A DNA stretch of 56,223 nt from an uncultured Gammaproteobacteria bacterium (GTDB taxonomy: Bacteria > Patescibacteriota > Microgenomatia > Levybacterales > GWA1-39-11), in NCBI GenBank assembly GCA_964406795.1, contig CAYOTA010000008.1, forward strand, positions 1 to 56,223, given 5' to 3'. The notes under the pieces were generated by a model that was given only the letters and a program-made list of their open reading frames with translations, searched no databases and was not told where the DNA came from. Shown here piece by piece: positions 1-9,090 of the stretch (position 1 is its first letter; each line of letters opens with the position of its first letter). A program made the position numbers and the translations under genes.

Positions 1-94
1 GAGTATCTTGATTCTTACTACCCCCAAGTGTTACCGAGGTACTCATCCAGTACATAATTTTGCAAATAAACTGCAATTCTTTTATAATTCACGC

Positions 95-514
95 ATGAGT
101 AGTATCACAGAAAGACTGAGTGGTTTAAAAAGGCACATTAAAGATCGAAGAAATAGCAAGGAATTACCCCCGTTAGGTGCTCGTGAGAGTCAAATACTTG
201 CCCTTGCGTTCCAATGGGAATTAGAGGGAACCCCTTGGTGGTCAGGACATCTCATGATCGATATATATCGTGAAACAACAGGAGAGTCAATTGATCCTGG
301 TAGTATGTATAGTTCAGTGTATAAGCTTACAAAGCGACAAGCGTTAGCTTCCGCATGGGGATCTAGTGGTGAGCATGAGCGCACTCCTCTCCAAGATCCA
401 CCTCCCATCGATGGAAGTAGAAAGTCAATGTATTTTAGAATAACGGAAGTGGGAAATGGCCTTGCTAAGCCTGCCCATTTTGCGACAGTTATTAAGCCTG
501 AGAAATTTAGGTAA
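95..514 (+). CDS. Hypothetical protein, possibly a PadR/MarR-like winged-helix DNA-binding protein
   Basis: ORF 8..514 has TTG at 8 and its first ATG at 95. The segment GSMYSSVYKLTKRQ...RKSMYFRITEVG resembles a recognition helix plus wing (Y-x-[IL]-T-x-x-G) of PadR-type wHTH proteins. The region looks GC-richer than its neighbours. The function is a weak guess. Confidence 0.35.
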   Translation: MSSITERLSGLKRHIKDRRNSKELPPLGARESQILALAFQWELEGTPWWSGHLMIDIYRETTGESIDPGSMYSSVYKLTKRQALASAWGSSGEHERTPLQDPPPIDGSRKSMYFRITEVGNGLAKPAHFATVIKPEKFR

Positions 515-546
515 GTTAGTTGTTGTTGCACCATCAAGACGTGCTG

Positions 547-1494
547 TTATTCTTCAGATTCGTCCTCAGCAGGTTTAACCTCCAAGTTTTCAGAGTTCTT
601 TAGCTCGTCAACTATTTCCCCAATATTTCCATCCATAAGACTGGGTAGATTGTGGAATGACTTTTGGATTCTGTGATCCGTTAGTCTGTCCTGCGGGAAA
701 TTGTATGTTCTAATTTTCTCAGCTCGCATTCCTTTTCCTACCTGAGTAGATTTAAGTTCAGCTATCATTTCATCCCGTTTTGCAATTTCCAACTCCCACA
801 GTTTTGCACGCAAAACTTTCATGGCGTTTTCGCGGTTTTGGTGCTGTTGGCGTTCATCCTGACACGTTACTACAATTCCTGTGGGTACGTGTTTAAGGCG
901 CACTGCCGTAGACACCTTATTAACGTTTTGGCCACCATGTCCACCTGCTCGGTATGCCTCAAATTCTATGTCATCTGGATTAATGTGTAAATCTACGTCT
1001 TCCAACTCGGGAAGTATTGAAACAACCACTGTGGACGTATGAACGCGTCCACGTTTTTCTGTTTCAGGAACGCGTTGAACTCTATGCACTCCTGATTCAT
1101 ATTTGTAAAAGGCAAAGGCGTTTCGTCCTACAACCTTGATAGTGTATTCATCCATAAGCTCAGTCCTAAATCCTTTGATTTGGGAAAAGCGTTGGTACAT
1201 ACGGAGTAGCTCATTTGCAAAAATCTTTGATTCGTCGCCTCCGGCAGCTCCCTTAATTTCCAAAATAGCGTTTCTGTGGTCTAGGTCATTTCGGGCCGCT
1301 TCTGTTTGGGCTGCACTCATAGTCATTTGGTTTGCAGATCCTTCAATTGCCATAAGTAGTGCATCTTTTTCTTCCTGTAGTCTTTTTAGCTCGTCAGATA
1401 CAAGTTCAGCCATGTCAGGGCTAGCTGAAAGCATGTCTTGCGTTTCTCTTATCTTTCTATCTAGTTCTATGATATTTTCTTGAATTCCGTCCAT
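547..1494 (-). CDS. prfA: Peptide chain release factor 1
   Basis: GGQ motif ([13 protein letters not shown]) and the RF1-type PxT tripeptide ([17 protein letters not shown]). At 315 aa the N-terminal domain is visibly shorter than the classical ~360-aa RF1. Confidence 0.9.
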   Translation of the reverse strand: MDGIQENIIELDRKIRETQDMLSASPDMAELVSDELKRLQEEKDALLMAIEGSANQMTMSAAQTEAARNDLDHRNAILEIKGAAGGDESKIFANELLRMYQRFSQIKGFRTELMDEYTIKVVGRNAFAFYKYESGVHRVQRVPETEKRGRVHTSTVVVSILPELEDVDLHINPDDIEFEAYRAGGHGGQNVNKVSTAVRLKHVPTGIVVTCQDERQQHQNRENAMKVLRAKLWELEIAKRDEMIAELKSTQVGKGMRAEKIRTYNFPQDRLTDHRIQKSFHNLPSLMDGNIGEIVDELKNSENLEVKPAEDESEE

Positions 1495-1550
1495 AGGTTA
1501 AATTATACACAATTAGGTATTACGCCTTGTGTAAGGGAGTAGGGGATACG

Positions 1551-1841
1551 TTACTGTTTTTTGAGGGCTGCTAACATTTCTTTAAGAGTCTTTGGTCCAT
1601 TGTCTTCCTTAATATCTTTTTCTTTTTTAACCACTATTTTCTTAGCGTCAATTTTCTTTTGGAATTTCTCAATACGTGATGCTGTATCTACGAATTTTTG
1701 AGTTCCTGTATAAAATGGGTGACAGTTATAGCACAATTCAACGTGAATGGTGTCTTTTGTAGAACCCACGTTAAACATGTTGCCGCAGGAGCAGATGACC
1801 TGTGCTGTTGGATTATAATTTGGATGTCCTTGTGCCTTCAT
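1551..1841 (-). CDS. rpmE: 50S ribosomal protein L31 (zinc-binding type) with Lys-rich C-terminal tail
   Basis: Starts MKAQGHPNY. Has the CSCG...[10 protein letters not shown] Cys4 and HPFYTG signatures of L31. Confidence 0.9.
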   Translation of the reverse strand: MKAQGHPNYNPTAQVICSCGNMFNVGSTKDTIHVELCYNCHPFYTGTQKFVDTASRIEKFQKKIDAKKIVVKKEKDIKEDNGPKTLKEMLAALKKQ

Positions 1842-1953
1842 TTTATGAGCCTAGAAATAGGCGAGAAAAATACCGGGAGTCTCTAGCTGAAAGCTAAGAG
1901 TTAACGGTATGAATTATTATTATACTCGAATCAGGCGTCAAATACAAGAGAAT

Positions 1954-2868
1954 CTATCTTTTTTTGGCGAGTTTGTGGAATGGGTGGTAGTTAAAGCGTC
2001 CTTCAGCAATAAATATACCCAAGAACACGAGAATTGATCCTATCATAAAGTAAATGGTAGGTGATTCCCCTAAAAGCGGGTAGGCTATAATTACTGCAAT
2101 TATAGGATCCATATAAATAAAGAGCCCCACGTCCTCAACCGGCATATATTTAAGAGCCCACGTGTGCAAATAATACGCTATAACTGATGACAAAATAGCA
2201 CCAAAAAGAATTCCTAGTATTACCTGCTCATTGATTATGGGTAAAAATCCCACTCGCTGGATTTCATCAAAAAACATGGGTAGAAATCCCAGTGTTCCTA
2301 TTAAAAATGACCAAAATGTAATAGTGAGTGGGTCGTATCGTTTTATAATTTTTTTAATAAGAATTGCTGAGATTACACTTCCAAACATGGATAACACCAG
2401 AAACACATTACCTAGTAGTGATATATCAAATCCATGCTCAATTCCGGGAATAATAACAATACCGAGTATTCCTAAAAGGCCGGTGAGTCCGCCTAAAATT
2501 GTGCGTTTTTTAAGTTTGTCTTTTAGAAATATAAACCCAAAAAGAATTATAAAAAGAGGAGCAGAGGAGGCTATAATAGGAGCGTTTATACTGTCAGAGT
2601 ACTCTAGACCCAGGAAGAAAAAAGAAATGTTAATGGTGATACCGGTGAGCGCAATTACTATAATTGAGAAAAAGTCCTTGGGTTTAACCTGTAATTTATT
2701 TTTTACAAATGGGAGTAGGATAAGTGTTGCAAGCCCAAACCGCAGGATAGCCAACGTAAAGGGTGGGGTAGACATGAGCGACCATTTAAAGATGGGCGCG
2801 GCAGCTCCCCAAATAATATTGGCAATGATTAACGCAAAAATGGCTTTTTGGACAGTTGTAAGTCTCAT
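1954..2868 (-). CDS. EamA/DMT-family transporter
   Basis: 304 aa, about 10 hydrophobic helices in a two-fold repeat architecture typical of EamA domains. Confidence 0.75.
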   Translation of the reverse strand: MRLTTVQKAIFALIIANIIWGAAAPIFKWSLMSTPPFTLAILRFGLATLILLPFVKNKLQVKPKDFFSIIVIALTGITINISFFFLGLEYSDSINAPIIASSAPLFIILFGFIFLKDKLKKRTILGGLTGLLGILGIVIIPGIEHGFDISLLGNVFLVLSMFGSVISAILIKKIIKRYDPLTITFWSFLIGTLGFLPMFFDEIQRVGFLPIINEQVILGILFGAILSSVIAYYLHTWALKYMPVEDVGLFIYMDPIIAVIIAYPLLGESPTIYFMIGSILVFLGIFIAEGRFNYHPFHKLAKKR

Positions 2869-2910
2869 ATTTTTATTGTTCGAGTGAAAGGAGAACTGAA
2901 ATTATATCTA

Positions 2911-3165
2911 TTAATAATTACTCCATAGTGCTTCTTTTTTCTTCCTACTAAAATCTTTAACTTGATGCTCACGTTCCCTTGCCTGTGTTATGTTTGTAAA
3001 TTCTTCTGTCCATTTAAGTTCCTTGAATCCATGTTTTTCTGTGAACCTACTACCTTTTCCTGACCTATGCTGCTCAAGTCTTTGCTCAAGATTCCAAGTG
3101 ATACCAGTATAATAAAGTCCATCCATGCATTCAATGATGTAGACAATCCACTTCCATTGTTTCAC
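2911..3165 (-). CDS. GIY-YIG nuclease-domain protein (UPF0213-like)
   Basis: 84 aa. VYIIEC..GLYYTGIT...LEQRLEQH matches the GIY-(10)-YTG core with a downstream Arg/Glu helix. Confidence 0.75.
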   Translation of the reverse strand: MKQWKWIVYIIECMDGLYYTGITWNLEQRLEQHRSGKGSRFTEKHGFKELKWTEEFTNITQAREREHQVKDFSRKKKEALWSNY

Positions 3166-3259
3166 ATAATTAAGAGTATCAAATTACTATTCGGGATAAA
3201 ATTAGGAAACATACTATTTAGACTTCTCACTGTGTTCGAAGAATATAATTTAGGAAGAT

Positions 3260-4477
3260 TTAGCTTAACATCTGTATCGCATCGGAAACAGTCGCAGTTT
3301 TTTGCTCACGGGTGTCCAACGCTTTAATAGTTACCATACCTTTTTCTTTTTCTTCCGGTCCAATAGTTACCATGTAAGGGATTTTTTTCTTGATCGCATA
3401 TTTTAGTTGTTTTTCCATTTTTGCATTCGGATCTAGGTAGAGTTCTGTATTAATGTTATTGAGGCGCAATTCTTGCGCCAGCTTCTCTGAGTCAGGAAGG
3501 GAAATTTCATCAAACACTGTAACAAGCACTTTGGTAACTGACGGGCTTATTTTAAGCAGATTTTGGGACTCAAGCGCTTCCATCAGTCTATCAAATCCAA
3601 AGGCAAATCCTACGGCTGGTATGCTTGATCCTGAATTTATTGAAGGAGAGAACATTCCAATTAAATTATCATACCTTCCGCCACCGCCCACTGATCCTGC
3701 ATCATATCCTTCTATTTCAACTTCTATAATAATACCGGTGTAATAATCCAGACCGCGAGCAAGAGTTGGTTCAAAGGTTATCCAACTGCTAACTTCTAAC
3801 TTCTGACTACTAACAATATTAATTATTTCTTGAATGCGTTCTGTTGGTTTTGAATTCCTGACTGTTTCCAGGATTGCCTCATCAAGCCCTTTGGATGTTA
3901 GCTCGAGCCTAACACCATCTTCTCCAATTTTTTTCAGTTTATCAATTGCAATGATGGCTTCTTTTGGAACATCTTTAAAAGTTGCCCGGTCGTTTATTAA
4001 AATCTTGAAGTTTTTAAATCCAAGTCGTTCTAAAGCTGCCTTGGCAACCATTAGAATTTCGGAGTCCGCTGAGGCTGAATTAACCCCTGCAATATCTATG
4101 TCACATTGTAAAAACTCCCTAAACCTTCCTTTTTGTGTGTTTTCACCTCTCCATACATTTGACACTTGATAGCGTTTAAAAGGGGAGGAGAGTTGCTCAC
4201 CGTACTGGGCAACCACACGGGCTAGCGGAACAGTCTGGTCATACCGCATGGCGACACGTCTGTCGCCATTATCGGTAAATCTGTACATTAATTTATCTCC
4301 CTCATCTCCGTACTTTCCCATGAGGATTTCCTCATACTCCAGAGCAGGGGTTTCTAATGGTTCAAATCCATAAGACTCAAACACTTTTTTCAAAGTGTCT
4401 ATGACATATGTACGTTTCCTGGCTTCTTCGGGTAAAAAGTCCCTAAATCCTTTAAGTGTTTGAATATTTTGTGCCAT
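3260..4477 (-). CDS. hisS: Histidyl-tRNA synthetase
   Basis: N-terminus MAQNIQTLKGFRDFLPEE, class II motifs, GGGGRYDNL (HisB motif) and a C-terminal anticodon-binding domain. 405 aa. Confidence 0.9.
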   Translation of the reverse strand: MAQNIQTLKGFRDFLPEEARKRTYVIDTLKKVFESYGFEPLETPALEYEEILMGKYGDEGDKLMYRFTDNGDRRVAMRYDQTVPLARVVAQYGEQLSSPFKRYQVSNVWRGENTQKGRFREFLQCDIDIAGVNSASADSEILMVAKAALERLGFKNFKILINDRATFKDVPKEAIIAIDKLKKIGEDGVRLELTSKGLDEAILETVRNSKPTERIQEIINIVSSQKLEVSSWITFEPTLARGLDYYTGIIIEVEIEGYDAGSVGGGGRYDNLIGMFSPSINSGSSIPAVGFAFGFDRLMEALESQNLLKISPSVTKVLVTVFDEISLPDSEKLAQELRLNNINTELYLDPNAKMEKQLKYAIKKKIPYMVTIGPEEKEKGMVTIKALDTREQKTATVSDAIQMLS

Positions 4478-4497
4478 AGATTTGATACTATCATGTT

Positions 4498-5169
4498 TTA
4501 GGCTGTAGGTACAGATGTGCGGATGTATAAAACGCGATCTCTGTTTTCAGGATCCATGGCGCCCCTGGTATTTCCGGTTTTCCTAATTTCCCCATTTTGT
4601 CGTATAACTTCAGGTCCCAACACTTGCTGCATCCCAAACTTTTGCGCAACAGCCACCATAGGGCTTTGCCAGTTTGTACGCATAACAAGTGGAATTCCAA
4701 GTCTTTCTGATTCACTGACCATCGTTTGGGCAAATATATTGCTAATTCCCTGGCCTCTGTTCTCAGGTTTAACGCCTGTTTCGGAAAAATAAAACACGTT
4801 TTCAACTACGCCGCTTTCATTTAGCACTTGTTTAATAAGTTCCTGGCCAGTCTCTGTTTTATATTTTTCAGCGACCAGATCTTCTACGGATGTAGGAAAT
4901 CCCCATGCAAATCCTATTAGCTCCCCTGCCTCTTTTCTTTTTTTGTCAACTATAGCACCGGGCTTACTTGTTTCTTTTGAGATAGCGGAAAGTGTTTCGC
5001 GTCTGGGATAAAATGGCTCAAGTAGTGCATCTTCTGGGCACGGACAGACATCTTGGCCTTTTGTTTCCAGTCCAAATGTTTTGTCGCAGCTATCCCCGGT
5101 ACATTTTTTATATTCGTTCCAGGGTGGACCTGCAAATACTACTTCATATGTTTTTGCTAGTTCACTCAT
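4498..5169 (-). CDS. GNAT-family N-acetyltransferase-like protein with Cys-rich N-terminal segment
   Basis: Acetyl-CoA loop-like motif ENRGQGISN followed by a helix. The N-terminal segment reads CTGDSCDK...CPCPED. A canonical SD, GGAGGTG (complement of 5177..5183), lies 7 nt upstream of the ATG. Confidence 0.55.
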   Translation of the reverse strand: MSELAKTYEVVFAGPPWNEYKKCTGDSCDKTFGLETKGQDVCPCPEDALLEPFYPRRETLSAISKETSKPGAIVDKKRKEAGELIGFAWGFPTSVEDLVAEKYKTETGQELIKQVLNESGVVENVFYFSETGVKPENRGQGISNIFAQTMVSESERLGIPLVMRTNWQSPMVAVAQKFGMQQVLGPEVIRQNGEIRKTGNTRGAMDPENRDRVLYIRTSVPTA

Positions 5170-5243
5170 ATCTTTTCACCTCCCTTCAAAGACTTCGTCT
5201 TTTCAGGACCACGTTCAGGCAAGCTGAATGTGGCCATTTTGGC

Positions 5244-5269
5244 ACAAAAAAACCGCCTTGTCGGCGGTT
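5244..5269 (-). terminator. Rho-independent terminator downstream of the TrpR/YerC-like gene
   Basis: Stem AACCGCC (5251-5257) pairs with GGCGGTT (5263-5269) around a 5-nt loop. On the minus strand a T-run follows (plus-strand A-run 5246-5250). Confidence 0.6.
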
Positions 5270-5295
5270 TGTATAATATAGTTTTAACTACTAAA

Positions 5296-5628
5296 TTACA
5301 CCGCCGTAAGTACGGTGTTTACATGGCTTAGTTGATTTTTCTTATTTTTCATTTGTCTTTTGATTGCTAATTTATATCCATTCATTCCTTTGTCCAACCA
5401 TTTAGAAATACGTGCAATAGTGGTGCTGCTCATGCCCGTTTCTTTCTCTATTTTAAGATATGTGTCTTTTTTTGCGAGCATTTGGGCAACTTTCCATCTA
5501 TTGCTGAATTCTTTTAATTCTTCCTCGGTTAACAAATCCCGTAAAAATGCATTCAGTTCTGACTCGGTTTTTAAACAGAGTAGTGCTTTATACAATTCTT
5601 TTGTTTTGTGATCCGGGTTAAATTTCAC
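5296..5628 (-). CDS. TrpR-related YerC/YecD-family DNA-binding protein
   Basis: 110 aa. FLRDLLTEEELKEFSNRWKVAQML...GMSSTTIARISKWL matches the YerC/YecD (Trp repressor-like) HTH pattern. Confidence 0.75.
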   Translation of the reverse strand: MKFNPDHKTKELYKALLCLKTESELNAFLRDLLTEEELKEFSNRWKVAQMLAKKDTYLKIEKETGMSSTTIARISKWLDKGMNGYKLAIKRQMKNKKNQLSHVNTVLTAV

Positions 5629-5690
5629 TTTTGTTAACTAAAGTATAATACTTTATCTGAGTAAAGTCAAGAAGTGTATTATTACTCCGC

Positions 5691-5719
5691 TTGACAGCAC
5701 TATAGGGTAGGTTTATAAT
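5691..5719 (+). promoter_or_regulatory. Consensus sigma70-type promoter (TTGACA-17 nt-TATAAT)
   Basis: TTGACA at 5691-5696, a 17-nt spacer, then TATAAT at 5714-5719. The ATG of the next gene is 7 nt downstream (5727), so the transcript would be leaderless. Confidence 0.6.
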
Positions 5720-5726
5720 CCAAATT

Positions 5727-6140
5727 ATGCCTAGAATGTCTGAACAAGAGCCAGTATTTGATCAAGCCCTAAAACCTGTTTTACTAGGAAGGATTCATTT
5801 GTCAGTGTCAGCGGATGCAGCAATAAAAAGGGCGCGAGAAGTGGCTAATGATAGACACCAGCCGGTGGGACTTTCGCATATAGCATTTGCTTGTATGCTG
5901 GACGAAAACTTACGTCTAGATCTTGAGGATCGCATTGGAGAAGAGAAAACAAGCGAAGCGTTTAGGGCTGTTTCCGAAGCACTTAATTACCCTTCAAATC
6001 AAGGTATGAGTAGGTTGTTTTCCATGGCTAAATGGATTCATGGAAGAGGAGATGTGGAGGCGGAAGATTTATTACTTGCGTCAGCTAGTCTCCAGGCACA
6101 AACTCAATCTAGCCGAAAACACCTCAAACGCGTGGTATAG
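5727..6140 (+). CDS. Hypothetical protein with Clp_N-like double repeat
   Basis: Two helical repeats resemble the Clp N-terminal repeat: LSVSADAAIKRAREVANDRHQPVGLSHIAFACMLD and MSRLFSMAKWIHGRGDVEAEDLLLASASL. Weak call. Confidence 0.4.
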   Translation: MPRMSEQEPVFDQALKPVLLGRIHLSVSADAAIKRAREVANDRHQPVGLSHIAFACMLDENLRLDLEDRIGEEKTSEAFRAVSEALNYPSNQGMSRLFSMAKWIHGRGDVEAEDLLLASASLQAQTQSSRKHLKRVV

Positions 6141-6255
6141 CCACAAATTGTCAGGATTATGTTGTTTTTGAGTCAAGCTATACTTTCCACAAGGCGCTAC
6201 AATCTCTTCTAGATATGCAGTAGGAAGTTAAACACCTCTGCATTTTCGTTTTTTT

Positions 6256-7317
6256 ATGGCTGTTCCAGAAGCTTTTAGATATAATCCATCTGACCATTCT
6301 AGAAACCCGCAACGCGTTGCGCACTATACACGCGCACAAGCAATTGGTGTTTGGCAGCACAACAACCTGGCAAATACTGACACACTCAGAGCTTTTTTAA
6401 GTGGAGATAGAGAAGCGTACTCGCCAGAGAATGCTCAAGAAGTAGATAGGTTAAAGGCTGCAAACGCCAAATTTAAAGAAAGTGCATACACTCCTGAGGC
6501 TATGCAAGAGCGTTTTAAAATTCGTGATGCGTATACAGCAGCCGAAGCTAAGCTTGAGAATCCCACTGATATAGAGCGAGCACGTGCACGTATCCTAGCA
6601 CTTGATGGTGCAATAATCGTCACGGATTACGATAACACCATAACTAATGAAAAAAAGATAAGAAAAATAAGAGGGGTTAAGCCTGGACATCCGGGGGCAG
6701 TTGTTGCTGACCCTGTGTTAGCAGAGTTTGGCCACAAAGGATTTGCTGATGCATATACTGAATTATATTCTGCTTCTTTTCAGAAATTAGCCCAGGAATT
6801 TCCTGAAGATTTTTTTGAAAATGGGCGCACAACACCCTTGCGAGACGGAGCTTACGAGTTATTTCAAGCATTAAAGGATTCAAATATCCCCTTGCGGATA
6901 GCCAGTGCAAATTTGGACCTCGCAATTTATGGTACGTTATCGCATCTTCCCCACCCAGACGACACAGAAGTACACTCAATCACATTGGACTCAACTAATG
7001 CCGTGCACAAAGATGCAGTTATTGTGCACCAAGCACTGAAAGACAAAAAGGCCCCAATTTATATGGGAGATGGCGCGTCGGATATTCCTGCTATGGACGC
7101 CGCTGATGTTGTACCTTTTTATATTGCCTTGGAAGGTAGCGAATTTGCAAATGCGCTGAAGGAAAGGGGATTACTGCATTTTGAATATCAGACACATTAT
7201 GATATAAAGAACATCTTAACTGAAGTAGGAGTATTAAAAGAGTCGGGAGTGCCTAGATCAGGCTCCATGAATATTTCAGACATTCCTAGATTGCAAGAAT
7301 TAGCAGTTGTTTCATAA
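6256..7317 (+). CDS. HAD-superfamily phosphatase (phosphoserine-phosphatase-like core) with ~110-aa N-terminal extension
   Basis: HAD motif I is VTDYDNT (DxDxT), motif II is RIASAN, and motif IV is MGDGASD. The start codon is uncertain. Confidence 0.65.
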   Translation: MAVPEAFRYNPSDHSRNPQRVAHYTRAQAIGVWQHNNLANTDTLRAFLSGDREAYSPENAQEVDRLKAANAKFKESAYTPEAMQERFKIRDAYTAAEAKLENPTDIERARARILALDGAIIVTDYDNTITNEKKIRKIRGVKPGHPGAVVADPVLAEFGHKGFADAYTELYSASFQKLAQEFPEDFFENGRTTPLRDGAYELFQALKDSNIPLRIASANLDLAIYGTLSHLPHPDDTEVHSITLDSTNAVHKDAVIVHQALKDKKAPIYMGDGASDIPAMDAADVVPFYIALEGSEFANALKERGLLHFEYQTHYDIKNILTEVGVLKESGVPRSGSMNISDIPRLQELAVVS

Positions 7318-7321
7318 AAAT

Positions 7322-7996
7322 ATGCCAGAAAAATTTAAACTTATACCTATTGAAGATGCTTCCGGCACTCAATTTGACCGCTTAAGAAAAGGCGTAAAGG
7401 ATTCCCGTGGGCGACTAGACGTATGGGTGAACCCGTATCCTAATTACCCAGGAAAAGAATTTTTTGGTAATTTTGAGCCATCCCAGGATTATAAAGGTGC
7501 TCGTGACAACACACTCAAAAGACAAGGCCAAGTTGTAATTTTTGAAGACAATGGTATGAAAGATTTGAGCGCAAATTTAAGAAGAAGCGGATTTAGGGGT
7601 GAAGCCATTGTCATACCTACGATCAGGGGAGAAGTGGACCCAAACTGGACAGATTGGGAGGGCATGGGAAACCATCTAAAAGAAGCAGGTGTTTCTAGTA
7701 TTTCTCTTGGTGGTGCATTTTTATGGGAACATCACGCTTCTGATGAAGGAAACGTGCGTGTGCCAAAGTTTGGCGAATTACCAGTTTTCGACAACTTACC
7801 ATTTGGTGACGCACTTGATGCAGTTCGACTAGATGTTATGAAGTTGAAAGATCAAGGAGTAAAAGAGCCGGCTGCCAGCAACTGGGTTGACTCAGGATAT
7901 CTTCCCGGTGGAGCGGTAGGACTTGTTGCCCTTAATTTTTTGAGAGTAGGACTTAATCCAAGCATGACACAAGCCTCAGCCCGTCCTCGTAGATAA
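7322..7996 (+). CDS. Hypothetical protein
   Basis: ORF 7307..7996 begins at TTG, and the first ATG (MPEKFK) is at 7322, just after the upstream stop. No recognisable motif. The composition is GC-richer than the window average. Confidence 0.5.
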   Translation: MPEKFKLIPIEDASGTQFDRLRKGVKDSRGRLDVWVNPYPNYPGKEFFGNFEPSQDYKGARDNTLKRQGQVVIFEDNGMKDLSANLRRSGFRGEAIVIPTIRGEVDPNWTDWEGMGNHLKEAGVSSISLGGAFLWEHHASDEGNVRVPKFGELPVFDNLPFGDALDAVRLDVMKLKDQGVKEPAASNWVDSGYLPGGAVGLVALNFLRVGLNPSMTQASARPRR

Positions 7997-8004
7997 AAAA
8001 CAAA

Positions 8005-9075
8005 ATGGATATAAAAATACTGTCCGAAATCAAAAATAATTTTTTGTCAGAGCTTGAGAAGGCTAATTCCGGAGAGAAAACGAGCTTGCCATTTATCATA
8101 CATGAAATCCCTGAATTTTCTTTAGTGAAGGATGGTGAAGTATTTCAGGTAATAATTATTGGTGGAACGAATGGTGTAATCGCGGAAGTTAAAAAAAATG
8201 GAAAATCATGTGAAATTATTACGCAGAAAAGTATAACCCTTCCTATCTTGGCAAATAAAGAAGATTTTTTATTACTTATAGATCAGCATCTTTCCCCAAA
8301 TGTCTCTGTATTAGCGCTTAACTTTGCGTTTGCAATAAGTCCGGTGTTTGAAAATGGAAAGCTGGATGGAAAATTATTAGTAGGAGCAAAGGGGCATGCA
8401 TTTAGAGGGCTTGTGGGTGAGAATATTGGGTTAGCTGTTGAAAAATCTATTCTAGAAAAACGAAATCAAAAGATCTTGGTTTCAGTTGCAAATGACACAG
8501 TGTGTTTGCTTCTGTCAGGACTTGAAAAGAATGAACCTTCAAAGCTTGCCGCAGGAGTTGTTGGAAGTGGTATGAATTTCGCAGTTTTCCTAGATTCTCA
8601 GAAATTAGTTAATTTGGAATCAGCAAATTTTAATAAATTCACTTTGTCCCCGGAAGTAGTTGAGATAGATGCGGAATCTTCAAGCCCAGGGACATATCTC
8701 TATGAAAAAGCTGTGGCAGGTGTGTATTTATATAAGCAATTTAATATATTGTTACGGCATAATCATATTTCTCATCCGGCTGTTTCGTCTACTGAAGAAA
8801 TGAACACGCTTGCAAAAGAAAATACCACAGAAGTAGGGCACTTGGCTCGAAAATTAATCATGCAGTCAGCACACTTAGTATCTTGTCAGGTAGCAGCGAT
8901 TATGGAATTTAAAAAAACTGATATGACATTTGTTATTGAAGGAAGTCTGTTTTGGAAAGGATATGAGTATCAAAAAACAGTTGAAGAAATTTTGAAAACA
9001 TTAATAAATTATAAAGCGGATTTTGTGGAAGTAGAGAATAGTGGAATTATTGGCGCCGCCCATTTAGTTATGTAG
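8005..9075 (+). CDS. Hexokinase-fold sugar kinase
   Basis: The order of motifs matches the hexokinase family: IIIGGTNGV (LGGTNxRV), LALNFAFAISP (LGFTFSFP), VANDTVCLL (NDTVGTL), GVVGSGMNFAV (GTGxN), PGTYLYEKAVAGVYL (PGxxxFEKxxSGxYLGE), IEGSLF, and NSGIIGAA at the C-terminus. Confidence 0.7.
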   Translation: MDIKILSEIKNNFLSELEKANSGEKTSLPFIIHEIPEFSLVKDGEVFQVIIIGGTNGVIAEVKKNGKSCEIITQKSITLPILANKEDFLLLIDQHLSPNVSVLALNFAFAISPVFENGKLDGKLLVGAKGHAFRGLVGENIGLAVEKSILEKRNQKILVSVANDTVCLLLSGLEKNEPSKLAAGVVGSGMNFAVFLDSQKLVNLESANFNKFTLSPEVVEIDAESSSPGTYLYEKAVAGVYLYKQFNILLRHNHISHPAVSSTEEMNTLAKENTTEVGHLARKLIMQSAHLVSCQVAAIMEFKKTDMTFVIEGSLFWKGYEYQKTVEEILKTLINYKADFVEVENSGIIGAAHLVM

Positions 9076-9090
9076 AAAATATTGGAGAAC

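Noticed and set aside
547-1494. Alternative genetic code (UGA reassignment, as in some candidate phyla), considered because only RF1 is visible.
   Set aside because: TGA clearly terminates several well-defined genes in ATGA overlaps (27774-27777, 28445-28448, 32458-32461) and ends the small ORF at 30298. The absence of prfB in a 56-kb window is uninformative.
2231-2887. Long ORFs antisense to well-supported genes. Examples are 2231..2887, 1136..1483, 3453..3743, 12193..12666, 19821..20180, 20274..20708, 29565..30041, 31070..31438, 41044..41424, 49764..50144, and the first third of 16569..17576.
   Set aside because: Each lies fully inside a gene with clear family motifs on the other strand. 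Their translations are low-complexity and Ser/Ile/Phe-rich, as expected for the reverse frames of AT-rich coding DNA. No independent start signals were seen.
5629-5726. A divergent gene-orientation switch at 5.6-5.7 kb as a possible replication origin.
   Set aside because: The spacer is only about 100 bp and contains an ordinary promoter. It has no DnaA boxes or repeats, so it is simply a divergent promoter region.
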